Assembly: GCA_964556485.1 (NCBI GenBank)
Contig: CAZKVV010000006.1
Coordinates: forward strand, 8,072 to 72,071
Direction of reading: 5' to 3'
DNA: 64,000 nt
Source: an uncultured Pseudomonadales bacterium
Lineage (GTDB): Bacteria; Patescibacteriota; Microgenomatia; UBA1400; PJMF01
In this document: piece after piece, positions 1 to 10,394 of the stretch
Layout of the letters: each line of letters begins with the position of its first letter
How positions within the stretch are numbered: position 1 is the first letter of the stretch
The notes under the pieces: model-generated
Seen by the model: the letters and a program-made list of their open reading frames with translations, nothing else
Told to the model about the DNA's origin: nothing
Databases searched by the model: none
Made by a program: the position numbers and the translations under genes

Positions 1-1
1 T

Positions 2-493
2 CCTTTAGTATCCGATCTTGATATGCTCTTAAATCACATTAACGCTGCTTCAAAAGAACAAACGTACATTTTAAAACAAGGGTATCAATTTTCAAAAGAA
101 GAAGAGAGAGATTATTTAGAAAATCTAATCAAACAGATTGAAGATAAAAAAAACTGTACTACTTTTGGCTTTTGACGAAGACAAATTAGTAGGTACTGCT
201 GATGTCAGAAGCGGAATAGGTGCAGAACAACATGTAGGAACTTTTGGCATTATTATAAAAAAGAATATAGAGATCAAAAAATTGGGACAGAGTTAATGAA
301 AAAAACTTTAGAAAAAGCAAAGGAGCATATTGATGGTCTCAAAATTATTTGTCTGAGTGTTTTTTCTGATAATAAGCGTGCCTTGCATGTATACGAAAAA
401 GCGGGTTTCAAAAAATATGGAGAATTACCTAATGGGGTTATAAGAAAAAATGAACTTAGCAATCATATTTATATGTATTTGAATGTGCAATAA
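2..493 (+). pseudogene. GNAT family N-acetyltransferase, 5' end outside window, interrupted by two homopolymer frameshifts
   Basis: Pieces in shifting frames: PLVSDLDMLLNHIN..., VLLLAFDEDKLVGTADV...HVGTFGII, EYRDQKIGTELMK...NKRALHVYEKAGF. Shifts fall at A8 (~146-153) and A6 (~257-262). Confidence 0.75.
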
Positions 494-600
494 AAAGTTC
501 CCACATAGTTCAATAGTGCCACCATCATGTGCTATACGCTATTCAAATGCGAGTGATATATTAAATAGAATAATTAATTAATTATCCGGAAAAAAACAAC

Positions 601-948
601 ATGCCATTTAGACCAGATCTTCTCCAAATAAGATTTGAAAATGGACTGCCTGGTGATCTCCTAAATTCACTTCGCAGCATTCTCAAAGAACTAGATATCT
701 TTAAATCTGATCATGCCCTAAAAAAATTTGTCAGTGATGAATGCCCATATTTATCTCCATGGAAAGATCGAATTGAAGAAGTTGATCAAGATTACGAAGA
801 TTCAAGTAGCGACAAAGCTGTAAAAGCAAGAATCAATCTCCTCATTGCTTTTTTGTACAACAAAACGCACGTTGATCATGGTAATGCGCTCATGCTATTT
901 TTACGCTATCTCGAAGAAAAAAAGGGGGTTGATTTTTCGAATTTATAA
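601..948 (+). CDS. Hypothetical alpha-helical protein, possibly a stand-alone effector-associated/Death-like domain
   Basis: 115-aa ORF with ATG start. LSPWKDRIEE...RINLLIAFL...GNALMLFLRYL recalls adaptor domains of conflict systems (by eye only). Confidence 0.6.
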   Translation: MPFRPDLLQIRFENGLPGDLLNSLRSILKELDIFKSDHALKKFVSDECPYLSPWKDRIEEVDQDYEDSSSDKAVKARINLLIAFLYNKTHVDHGNALMLFLRYLEEKKGVDFSNL

Positions 949-1077
949 AATTCCTACTGCCTTCGGGATGAGACCTTTGTGGAACAGTCTAGGGCATCGG
1001 AAAGTATATACATCAATCTAGAATCGATAATTCTTCTCACCATTTTTGCCAATTAGTTGATATATTATATTGTATCA

Positions 1078-2097
1078 ATGTTTGAAGAAACGCACCCATC
1101 AGTCCTCAGCAGAGAGGCAGTTGAATCAATAACTGTGAGGGCTGCAATTCCAGATGATTTAATGAACTTGATTGAGCAAGCAGGAACAAATCGAAATGAA
1201 GTGAAGGCTATCTACCTAGGACCCAAGCATTCACTTAATCCTTACCCAGGCAAACATTTTATAGGAGAAAATCCAAGATCGTCCCTAGAGTTTGATCACC
1301 AATTAGTATTGCAAACAATTTCTGATCTAAAAAAGACTGCAGAAGTATCAGCAATTCCAACTCTTTACACACTTGCTGGAAAACTTGAAAATATCAGTTT
1401 AAATGCACTGCCCGAAGGCTGGGAACAAATATCAAAAACAAGTGTCATAAAGCATGAAGAAACACACAGAAGCCAAAACGTAAAACATAATTATATAGAA
1501 ATATTTGAGGACTGTGCAACTCAATTAAAAAAACTAGCTTCTGTGCCAGACGAACAAGGCACACCAGAAATTAATAATGACTTCATTAGGCTGCACACTG
1601 AATACCAACAAACCTATGTCATAAGTGAAGTTCAAGCTCTCTTCAAAGGCTTAGAATTCATCTTTCAGGAAGACCAAACTACAAATACCACATTGGCATT
1701 TGCACTCTACTGGATGGGCAAAGTCGGAGCACTATTTGAGCAATACAAAGAGGGTGATAAATCAAATACAATCTTGGACGAAGTCTGTAAAAGAATTCAA
1801 GAAAAAAATATGCATTTTTATGATCTAAATAATATCATTAATCAACTTTCTAGAATACTTTTGCTTTGTGGAGATATAGAACTACTACAAAAAATTGAAT
1901 CCGGTGCGATCACACCAACTCAAGTAAAACAAATGACCATAGCGGGACTAAATGCTTTCATCGAGAACCCCAAAGTTTTTCTTTCTCGCAGAGATGTTGT
2001 TTCATTGGCACAAGACAAACATCTTATGATTCACCTCAATTTATTAGAAGGCGAGCTCAACAGACTGAATACGAGCATAGGTGCTGTTGTTGAATAA
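1078..2097 (+). CDS. Hypothetical protein with HExxH zincin-like motif
   Basis: Long ORF with IKHEETH and a downstream SEVQA Glu. ATG 1078 chosen over TTG 1057. Confidence 0.65.
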   Translation: MFEETHPSVLSREAVESITVRAAIPDDLMNLIEQAGTNRNEVKAIYLGPKHSLNPYPGKHFIGENPRSSLEFDHQLVLQTISDLKKTAEVSAIPTLYTLAGKLENISLNALPEGWEQISKTSVIKHEETHRSQNVKHNYIEIFEDCATQLKKLASVPDEQGTPEINNDFIRLHTEYQQTYVISEVQALFKGLEFIFQEDQTTNTTLAFALYWMGKVGALFEQYKEGDKSNTILDEVCKRIQEKNMHFYDLNNIINQLSRILLLCGDIELLQKIESGAITPTQVKQMTIAGLNAFIENPKVFLSRRDVVSLAQDKHLMIHLNLLEGELNRLNTSIGAVVE

Positions 2098-2167
2098 CAG
2101 CAATTTTTCAAAGGTACTACATCAGAAACCGCACATATTTAAAATCCATTTTAAGTCAGAAAAACTG

Positions 2168-3393
2168 ATGACTATGAATTACGACAGATTGCAACCAATT
2201 CGAAAAGAAGTTTACTCAGCAGAGCCAATTAAGGTTTATTATGTTATTCAAAGATTTCCAAATTTTGATGGCTATAGTGGTGGGGGGCAGAACGTCACCT
2301 TGAACGCTTAATTCAAGCAAGTCAGACAAAGTATGATGCGAGTTTTCAACCACAGCTGTATGTTGCAAACGGACAAAGTAAGCCAACTTCGCTAGAAATT
2401 CCAATTACTGCCGATCCAGATAGAACAAATCTTATTCCTGAACTCAAGGCAATTAATGCGCCTGATCAAATCTTACATCTTAGCGACAGTTATCTACTAT
2501 TGTATAACCCCCAGCTCTTTGCTGAAATAACTTCGTTTTGGAAGGGATCAATAGTCCAAAGAGTTACTTTAATTTCTAGAATACAAGAGCTCAGCCAGAA
2601 GTATGGCAACAATTTTCATAACTATATTGCACCAATAGCTACATTTATATCTCAATCTCCTGAAATGTCTGCAGAACTTATCGAGCTTGGAGTAGCGCCA
2701 GAAAAAATAACTGAGATTGAGAATGGTGTTGATACCGACCTTTTCCAACCGGTTGGCGCAGAAGAAAAACAAAAATTGAAATCAAAGTTGCTACCCACCG
2801 TCGATCCTGATGCAACAATTTTTATGTCAATTGCTCGTTTAACTGATCCCGTTAAAAAAATAGATGTGTTAATTCAAAAATGGCAAGAAACAATGAGTGG
2901 GCAAAATGCTCACTTAATTTTGGTTGGTGGTTATAGACAAGAAGAAACACTTCCTGGTTCAAAAGTTGTCGAGCTATTTGAGTCAGCAACTCTTTGGAAA
3001 AGCAACAAAAACGGGATACTCTTCACAGGAACACAACCGGCTGCAACAGTGAGCGAGTTACTCCAAGTTTCAGATGCATTCCTTGCACCAAGTATTCTTG
3101 AAGGTTTCTCGAATGTAGCTTTAGAAGCAATGTCCAGTGGTTTGCCCATACTCGCTAGAGATGGAGTAAGTGGCTATGGAAAGCTTATAAAAGATAAAAA
3201 AACTGGCATATACTTTAGAGATGACCTCGACTTAGCAGGCGGAATTCTAGAGCTGTATAACAACCCACTACTTCGTAAAAACATTGGTGCTGCTGCACGA
3301 AACCACATAGTTCAAAACTATTCTGTTGAGGCTATGATAGAAAAATACCGACAACTCTATAAAGATTTGATGCAATCAAATCAAAAACAGTAA
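2168..3393 (+). pseudogene. GT4 (GT-B) glycosyltransferase with a single frameshift in a G6 run
   Basis: N-terminus ...VYYVIQRFP...SGG shifts at GGGGGG (2282-2287) into GAERHLERL. That frame stays open into ORF 2500-3393 (NGVDTDLF, EGFSNVALEAMSSGLP). Confidence 0.85.
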
Positions 3394-3645
3394 TGTGAAA
3401 TCTATGCAGTTTTGTTTTAAATTTTATTAATTTCTATGGCATTCTGAGAGGAGAGATTTTAAAAAATATCATTTTTTTGAGTAATTGACAGTGTCACCAC
3501 TTCCATATTTGATAACTGTGATTTTTAACATGTGTGGAGCATATCACTTAAGCGTATTCTCAGAGTAGCTCCCACATAATCAAACAACTCTGCTCATGAA
3601 AATGACGCAAACATTCGCTTGGTTTTATGTATATACTCGTGGCAT

Positions 3646-4695
3646 ATGTCAGAACGTCGAAATCCATCTATAGATAGCAGTGTTAGGAGAATGCAATCAG
3701 ATCCTAGTACTGCAGAATATGAGATCAAATTTTTACTTGGAGTTGAAGCATACGAATATGGATCGACGTTAGAAACAAAGCGTCAACTTGTGCGAGCCCT
3801 TCAATCAATTGGAATCCCAGAAAGCATGCGTGACGAAGTGGAATTATTTATCCTCTATTTGAACAGATATGAGCGCTCTACAGGAATATTTGATAAAACG
3901 TGCATTACGTACGACAACGGATTCTTCATTGGCGGCATACCACTTTTTGATGCAGCCGGACGGTATGTTTTTCAGCCAGACTATAAAGGTGTAGTGGTTG
4001 CTCAATCAGGAAAACGATATGAAATCGCATGTTTCCCAAACTCTATTGAAATAAAAAACTACGGTAGAGTAGAGCAAATGTCTGGAAAACCAGGATACTT
4101 CAAGTTAAAAAAAGAAGAAGGATATGCTCAAGCAATTGTTGAAACAGAGTCTACTGACGGATCAAAAAGAGATCCCAATATCTACTTTGGTCGTCTACTT
4201 CAATATTTAACAGACACTTATCCATTTGCTATGGGGCCCATTACACTCTTTAAAGCAGACTGGAGGCGAGGAACAAATTTTGACGAATATCAAAAATATT
4301 CTACACTTTTGCAAGCACAAACAAAATCGATTCCAAACTCTCCAGAAGCAATGCAAGCCTCGCTTGAAGAATTATCTCCTTATCTTGCAGATACTCCATT
4401 CAGAAATACAGATCTAACAACCCATCTGGAAAAACTAAAAAACATAGAGTTAATCAGACGACAAAATAAAATAGCAGTTGGATGGGACTATGCTCTTGAT
4501 CAAGACACCCTCCGTCAAGAAGCGATGATTGAGTTATGTGCAGAAATTGCTGCATGGAAAACCGCAACGGGCAGGGCATTACATAAGAGGTTGGGTTTTT
4601 CTAGTGTACATACGCACCCTATATTATTATTTTCTAGAGATATACAAACGGCATTGGAAAGAGAAAAAAGAATACAATCATTACCTGCTTTGTAA
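3646..4695 (+). CDS. Hypothetical protein
   Basis: ~350-aa ORF with TATACT 8 nt upstream of ATG 3646. No motif recognised. Confidence 0.7.
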   Translation: MSERRNPSIDSSVRRMQSDPSTAEYEIKFLLGVEAYEYGSTLETKRQLVRALQSIGIPESMRDEVELFILYLNRYERSTGIFDKTCITYDNGFFIGGIPLFDAAGRYVFQPDYKGVVVAQSGKRYEIACFPNSIEIKNYGRVEQMSGKPGYFKLKKEEGYAQAIVETESTDGSKRDPNIYFGRLLQYLTDTYPFAMGPITLFKADWRRGTNFDEYQKYSTLLQAQTKSIPNSPEAMQASLEELSPYLADTPFRNTDLTTHLEKLKNIELIRRQNKIAVGWDYALDQDTLRQEAMIELCAEIAAWKTATGRALHKRLGFSSVHTHPILLFSRDIQTALEREKRIQSLPAL

Positions 4696-4734
4696 AAAGT
4701 AAAATTACACATACTGCTCTGATATAATTTGAAT

Positions 4735-5202
4735 ATGAACATCAACATTCGCCCAGCAGTTACAAGTGACTGGCAAACAATTCAAAAATTAAACAATGAG
4801 GTTTTTCAAAACGACAAGGAAAATGATCCAGATATTGATCTTGATTGGCCGTACTCTGAGAAGGGAATTGCCTATTATCAAAAACTGGCTCATGGTACCT
4901 ATGGACATTGTCTCATTGCTGAAAATGATGATACTCCCGTTGGGTATATCGCACTTTCTATAAAAAATTTTGGGTATAGAAAAAGCACCTATGTTGAAGT
5001 TGAAAACATAGGAGTCAGCACCGAATTTCGCTCGAAAGGAATTGGTAAAGTACTCATGGATGCTGCGTCAGAATGGGCTAGACAACAAGATGCGCAAAAA
5101 TTATACGTTGAAGCCTTTTGGGGAAACACCAAAGCAGTTAAGTATTATAAAAATAATGGCTTTGTTGAAATTGGTGTTCAGTTAGAAAAAGCTTTAACCT
5201 GA
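4735..5202 (+). CDS. GNAT family N-acetyltransferase
   Basis: Acetyl-CoA motif VSTEFRSKGIGKVLM plus NTKAVKYYKNNGF. TATAAT lies 6 nt upstream of the ATG. Confidence 0.9.
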   Translation: MNINIRPAVTSDWQTIQKLNNEVFQNDKENDPDIDLDWPYSEKGIAYYQKLAHGTYGHCLIAENDDTPVGYIALSIKNFGYRKSTYVEVENIGVSTEFRSKGIGKVLMDAASEWARQQDAQKLYVEAFWGNTKAVKYYKNNGFVEIGVQLEKALT

Positions 5203-5215
5203 TATACTTTAGCCC

Positions 5216-5737
5216 ATGACAATCGAGTCTGAGTGTCAAAGAATTGATAACGACAGATTCTGATGGAGTTGAGGGTGCTGTATTAAAAATAGGTGTAACA
5301 CTACACACAGAAAAAACTGAGAAATATGTAGGCGGGAAAATTGCAAAAGAATTAGCTCCACTAAACGATCTCCCAAAACATCTTTAACCGAAATAAAGAA
5401 AAGTATTCTCAGCTCAAAAAAAGAGGCTTTCCTGTAGTTCCCACACTTCGTGTAAATAGTGAAGAAAATACATTGCTAATGACTGACACAACTTTTCGGG
5501 AAGACTCATCTTATCGACACACATGCCCCGCTCTCAAAATCAAGATTGCAGATTTTAAATCTCAGTGAGCTGCATACACAAATGAGAACAATGGCCATCC
5601 AAGCATTTGGCGATGGCAATGGTGTGGTACTTGGATCAGATAGTTATTCACTTGTATACGACCCAGCTACTAAATTAGCTAAAATTATCCTAGAGGAACT
5701 TGTTTGTCAAAATGCCAATCATGCAATTAAAAACTAG
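5216..5737 (+). pseudogene. Decayed hypothetical gene with multiple frameshifts
   Basis: ATG 5216 follows TATACT. Protein-like fragments in different frames (KYSQLKKRGFPVVPTLRV...LLMTD; LNLSELHTQM...). Confidence 0.5.
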
Positions 5738-5745
5738 TTAGTTAA

Positions 5746-8223
5746 CTACCCTCGATCATCTTCCCCAACTTCGCATTCTGATGCTGGCGCATCCTCAAAA
5801 ATTCTTTGAACGCCTTTTTCTGCTGCAAATACTGCGGCTTTAACATTAATGGCAAATCCTGATTGTCTTATATTGCTTCTCGAAACAGCTCTGTAAAAAT
5901 TTGTTAACTGTCTTCCCTCTACTGAATCAGTAAAGTCACCAACCTTCCAGCTATTCGCCTTAAACAGAGGGGGGAAATCTCTTTCTTTTTCAAAAAGTTC
6001 TACCATTGTTTCTCGATATGTTTCCCAAACTTGCGCCAACTGTCTATCAACGTCATCCACTTGGTGTGGATACTTTTCACAGCACAAGTAGGCAATCATT
6101 GCGGTTCCCAACCAACCAACTTGATTAAACAAGCGGGGAATGTCTTTTTTACTTGGGCTGAACCCTCTAAATTCAATTGTCCAGTATTCATCAGTGAACT
6201 GCCTACTTCTTAAAACTCTACGCCTACCAGTGTCACCGTAGTTAATAATTTGCTTGTGTTTCTTCTTTTTCCGCATAGTTTCTGAGTACTCTGCTTGAAA
6301 ACTTGTGTTGTATTTTCTAAAACCAACCCCAGTTGCCATTAAGCCAGCATTTAAGATGCTTGCTTCTCGCAACACATCGTCCGAAGATATGGAAAAGCCC
6401 CTGTCAAAATATTCCTCCCAACCAATTGTGATGTGCATTGGGCGGGAATCAGTTTCAAGATCATGAAAACCTGCTTGCGCCAAACCCCAAATCTCACGAG
6501 CATACAATCGATATGGTTGTTTAAAGTCACCACTAACATATGAAAGCGCATGTTCACCCAATGAATCATAAGTGTAATTATGTCCAATTGCTTGTGCTTG
6601 CCCCATGTGATGTTTGTAAGCATCTAACATGATGCTTGCTTTACGGGAAAGATCTTGCAAAAAGTAATCATATTTATACACAGCTAGCTTTTTATAACGC
6701 TGTTCCCCCTCTGTTTTTTCGATGAATGCGTTAAACTGTTCACGAAGGTTTCTTTCTCTGCTTACTGACTGCATCAATCGCAAATTCCAAATCTGATTGA
6801 GAATCTGCAAAAGCTCTCTATCAAGATAATCAAACTCAGACGAATTCATATAATCGAGGAAAGGCATCCTAACTTCTGCGGTATCAATTTGTGAAATGAG
6901 CTCACGAACATCATCTTCTACTCGTTTCTTTTCTTCATCAGAAATGGCTGACCGATCATCAATGTTGATGTACTTTTGCAGATTTTGTACCTTAAATGCT
7001 AGTCTTTTAACATTTGAAAGCACTTCCTGAGCATCCTTCCACTGAGCAAACCTCAGAAAATCATCATTAATTTCTTCGCTATGCGCCAAACTATCTCCAA
7101 ACAGATTTCTATCTAAATTTTCGTACCAGCTATACTGCAAACCCAATTCAAACGGTGGATTAATAATCTCCAATTCAGCTCCTAGTGTAACTTTTTTACC
7201 TTTAAATTTTTTTCTCGTTTCTGGTACTAACAAGCCTTTTCTTTTTTCAAGCTCAGCCTCCACAGCTGCATCAAGAATTGCTGCCATTTCTTCCTCACTA
7301 TAGTGTTCAGCAGCAGTTTTTGTTATTTCCGCTCGCTGCGAAAAAGATAAACTGGAAAAATCTATATTGTGTGAGCTGGCATAATGTTGTGCAAGTGGTT
7401 CTTTAAAGAGCCAAATACGCCACGCAATTGTTGCTGCAAGTCTGGAGTAGTCTTCATTGAGTGCTCGACTCAATTCAAGTTCTCTCCAACATAATGCCTC
7501 TCTGCCGGATCTATCCAATCCTAAAAAATTAGCTGAACTACCCAGCATTGTTTTTTTTGTAACCGTCGAATAGAGTCGTATCAACAAATACACCTTATGC
7601 CGCAACTTCGAAGCAATCTCATGATCTGATTGCGAAATTTTTTCCTCATCTAGCTTTTGAATATCTGGAACCAGAAAAAGCTTTCTTACAGCATCCCTCA
7701 GTGATTTTTTTGGCTCGACAACTTGGAGCGGCTCTTCTTTGCTAGGTGACTCAGTTAAGAAATCCAACCTATATGCTTTGATAATTTTTTTTTGCTCAGA
7801 TGGCGATAACTTACTGACAAGCAATCGATAAAACCATAAATAATCTTCTTCTTCGAGTACATAAAGAAGACCTTCAATATGTTTTAAGCTGTGCCCAGAG
7901 ATGCTGTCATCGCGGACTTCTGAAGATCTCACGTTGCCATAAAAAGATAAAGTTAGTAAAAAATCAATACCCGCTTTTATCTCATCAGACAACGGTGATC
8001 CTTTTTGATTTATTTCATCAGTAATCAAAGCATATATTCTCTGAAAAGACTCTTCAGAGTACATACTAAAATCTTCTTCACCAAAACCATAAAGTTCTAC
8101 ATATTCTTGAACCTCTCGTTTCAAAGGTGAATCTTGCAGAGATAAAATTGCTTCAAGTGGCTCACGCAACAAAAGTCTCGCTTCCTCAGTAGAGTAGTTG
8201 TGTACTATTTCAGAATGTACCAT
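5746..8223 (-). CDS. Large hypothetical protein with COOH-NH2 ligase (amidoligase-like) motifs
   Basis: 825 aa. VTLGAELEI, PMHITIG and TIEFRGF occur in the order of the amidoligase/glutamate-cysteine ligase fold. Confidence 0.6.
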   Translation of the reverse strand: MVHSEIVHNYSTEEARLLLREPLEAILSLQDSPLKREVQEYVELYGFGEEDFSMYSEESFQRIYALITDEINQKGSPLSDEIKAGIDFLLTLSFYGNVRSSEVRDDSISGHSLKHIEGLLYVLEEEDYLWFYRLLVSKLSPSEQKKIIKAYRLDFLTESPSKEEPLQVVEPKKSLRDAVRKLFLVPDIQKLDEEKISQSDHEIASKLRHKVYLLIRLYSTVTKKTMLGSSANFLGLDRSGREALCWRELELSRALNEDYSRLAATIAWRIWLFKEPLAQHYASSHNIDFSSLSFSQRAEITKTAAEHYSEEEMAAILDAAVEAELEKRKGLLVPETRKKFKGKKVTLGAELEIINPPFELGLQYSWYENLDRNLFGDSLAHSEEINDDFLRFAQWKDAQEVLSNVKRLAFKVQNLQKYINIDDRSAISDEEKKRVEDDVRELISQIDTAEVRMPFLDYMNSSEFDYLDRELLQILNQIWNLRLMQSVSRERNLREQFNAFIEKTEGEQRYKKLAVYKYDYFLQDLSRKASIMLDAYKHHMGQAQAIGHNYTYDSLGEHALSYVSGDFKQPYRLYAREIWGLAQAGFHDLETDSRPMHITIGWEEYFDRGFSISSDDVLREASILNAGLMATGVGFRKYNTSFQAEYSETMRKKKKHKQIINYGDTGRRRVLRSRQFTDEYWTIEFRGFSPSKKDIPRLFNQVGWLGTAMIAYLCCEKYPHQVDDVDRQLAQVWETYRETMVELFEKERDFPPLFKANSWKVGDFTDSVEGRQLTNFYRAVSRSNIRQSGFAINVKAAVFAAEKGVQRIFEDAPASECEVGEDDRG

Positions 8224-8304
8224 GCCATTACTATGTCATTTGCAAAACTAAAATGCAATACTCGAGAAAATACAAGTTTAATTACGTCTCATAGTAATTA
8301 GCTA

Positions 8305-8333
8305 TTGACATAATGATCTATTTATACTATAGT
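8305..8333 (+). promoter_or_regulatory. Sigma70-type promoter
   Basis: TTGACA-N17-TATAGT. Confidence 0.7.
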
Positions 8334-8446
8334 ATACTCTTGTTATTGAGACGAAGTGCTTTATTTCAGCTTTGAAATATGAACGCTTATCAAAAATAAC
8401 TGGCTCTTTTATAGACTCATCTTCATGACGCGCAACCTTTTGCATG

Positions 8447-8498
8447 TCAGTGGCACATTTTTGGGTATGTAATGAAATACCTAAAAATGTGCCACTGA
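8447..8498. repeat. 22-bp near-perfect inverted repeat in a long leader
   Basis: TCAGTGGCACATTTTTGGGTAT-gtaatgaa-ATACCTAAAAATGTGCCACTGA, with one G-U pair. Confidence 0.9.
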
Positions 8499-8575
8499 TA
8501 ACTAAGCCGATTTTTCGGTTTGGGAAAGTGGCGAATTTTTTATCAATCTTTTTCAAAAAAAAGGATATATAGCAA

Positions 8576-8752
8576 ATGAACTTTGCAAAAAAATTTGAAA
8601 TAGCAATTGAAGCAGCCAAAAATATGATCGCCGCTGCCGAAGAACTAGAGGCAGCAAACGCAAACTTGGTCGCCGCCAAAGCCCGGGTAGCCGCCGCGGA
8701 AGCCGCCATCGAGCTGGCGGACGAAAAGATGAAGGGTTATCAAGGCGCCTAG
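8576..8752 (+). CDS. 58-aa Ala-rich coiled-coil peptide (below ORF-track cutoff)
   Basis: MNFAKKFEIAIEAAKNMIAAAEELEAANANLVAAKARVAAAEAAIELADEKMKGYQGA*. AAGGA upstream, promoter 5', terminator 3'. Confidence 0.7.
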   Translation: MNFAKKFEIAIEAAKNMIAAAEELEAANANLVAAKARVAAAEAAIELADEKMKGYQGA

Positions 8753-8780
8753 CGCCTAAGTAACCCGCTAAAAGAGCACC

Positions 8781-8813
8781 AAAAGGCCTCACTACAGGGA
8801 GGCTTTTCCTTTT
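8781..8813 (+). terminator. Intrinsic terminator, possibly bidirectional
   Basis: AAAAGGCCTC-actacagg-GAGGCTTTT followed by CCTTTT, between convergent genes. Confidence 0.7.
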
Positions 8814-8827
8814 CCTAAGCATTTTTA

Positions 8828-9982
8828 TTATTTTAACTCAGCACTCCCACTAGCAATAGAAGCCTCAAAAAAGGCACGCACCTCACTCCAATTACCTTGG
8901 CCAGACTTTGGCATCAAGATGTACTGTTTATCAGCACTATACCCATGGGTGAGCACATTTTTTTCAGAAATAACCACTGTTTCTAATTGATATTCCGTTA
9001 ATCCTTCATGTGATGTGATAATCTCGGTTATTTTTCCTGGAGTCACATCTGTTTGCACGTATCGTATCAGTGACAATGCGGTAGGTAGCAGTTTTGCAAA
9101 AGCGATCGGAGAGGTAAGCTTTTTCTCAACAGCAGTCAACAGCGCTTGCTGTCTTTGTGACCTGCCAAAATCACCACCATGTTGCTCGGAATGACGAGAA
9201 CGAACAAACTTAAGCGCCGTCTGGGCATCCATCGTTTGCTTACCAGCATCAAAATGTAGTTGTTCGTATCTACATCCAAAAGCTTGCTCAAGTGTATATC
9301 CAGACAGTGTTGCAGTTAACGCAGCTATGTCTTCTTCAGATTTTTCACACGTTTCATTTTCCTTACCTTTAACCGGATAAAAAGCATCATCAAAAGTTAC
9401 GGGTACCTGAATTTCCAGAGGACTAAGCGAATCAAAGACTTTTTCAAATCCAGTAAAATCAACTGCCACAAAATGGTCAATCTCAAAACCAAGAATACTA
9501 CCCACTACAGACTTCGCTAACCGACCGCCTCCACCCGCACCCGTAAATTCAGCAACTTTTCCAAGATATTTTGCGTCGTCATTACCAATGGCGAATGCAG
9601 CATTAATTTTTGACCACTGTGTTTTATCTTGAGAAAGTGGTAACTCTACCCATAAATCACGGGGAATAGAAAACAAAGTTGCGGTTTTAGCTCTCGGTTG
9701 AATGTACGCCAACAACATGGTGTCAGTGAGACTACCTCCGGCATGTCCAGGCCCACCATAGCCAAGCAATAACACGGTGTATGGACGTAAGGGATCTGGC
9801 GGTGGAGTAGGGGAAGGCAACACTTCAGGTGTAACTTCCTGACTCACGCTACCTTTGAGACGCTGGGAATATTGCACATACGCAATTGTTACAACAGCGC
9901 TTCCAGCAACACCAAAGACAATTAATAGTAAAATGAACCACTGTTTTTTCTTGAGGTTACACTCAAAAGTCAAACGTTGCAT
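8828..9982 (-). CDS. LCP (LytR-CpsA-Psr) family protein
   Basis: N-terminal TM helix, then LTDTMLL, SIPRDLWV, KINAAF and FVRSRH...GDFGRSQRQQ. Confidence 0.93.
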   Translation of the reverse strand: MQRLTFECNLKKKQWFILLLIVFGVAGSAVVTIAYVQYSQRLKGSVSQEVTPEVLPSPTPPPDPLRPYTVLLLGYGGPGHAGGSLTDTMLLAYIQPRAKTATLFSIPRDLWVELPLSQDKTQWSKINAAFAIGNDDAKYLGKVAEFTGAGGGGRLAKSVVGSILGFEIDHFVAVDFTGFEKVFDSLSPLEIQVPVTFDDAFYPVKGKENETCEKSEEDIAALTATLSGYTLEQAFGCRYEQLHFDAGKQTMDAQTALKFVRSRHSEQHGGDFGRSQRQQALLTAVEKKLTSPIAFAKLLPTALSLIRYVQTDVTPGKITEIITSHEGLTEYQLETVVISEKNVLTHGYSADKQYILMPKSGQGNWSEVRAFFEASIASGSAELK

Positions 9983-10394
9983 ACACTGTGCATACTACCA
10001 TGTTTTTATGAAAAGGAAAAAACTATGCTTCTTCGATTAAGCGAAATTTGCCATGATGCTTTGTCTGATGTTGCTGCTGCAATAATTCAGAAAGCACATC
10101 GATTTTTTTTTGCATTCGAACTAATTCAGCTTCAAATGTCTCTTGAGATTGCTGTGGAGCAATAAGTGAAAGCGCCTTCACTCTGCTCATTCTTGCAGAC
10201 AGGAAATCTATGCGCGCTTGGATATGCTTGCAACAAACATGTGTGATCATTTTGGCACTTTCCACAATATGTTGTGCTTTAATAACTTTAAGCTCACTAT
10301 AAAACAGACAAAGACTGATGTAAAGGGATAGATTCCCTCAGCAGCTTGCTGTCAGTGTGTCAAAATCGAAACTGCTATATACTAAAATCTGCGT

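Noticed and set aside
8302-8822. Minus-strand ORFs 8302-8709 and 8553-8822
   Set aside because: Shadows of the + strand peptide 8576-8752, which has the promoter, SD and terminator.
9855-10265. Short ORFs between the LCP gene and 10395
   Set aside because: Mutually overlapping, with no motif or start signal. 10023-10265(-) could be real but cannot be supported.
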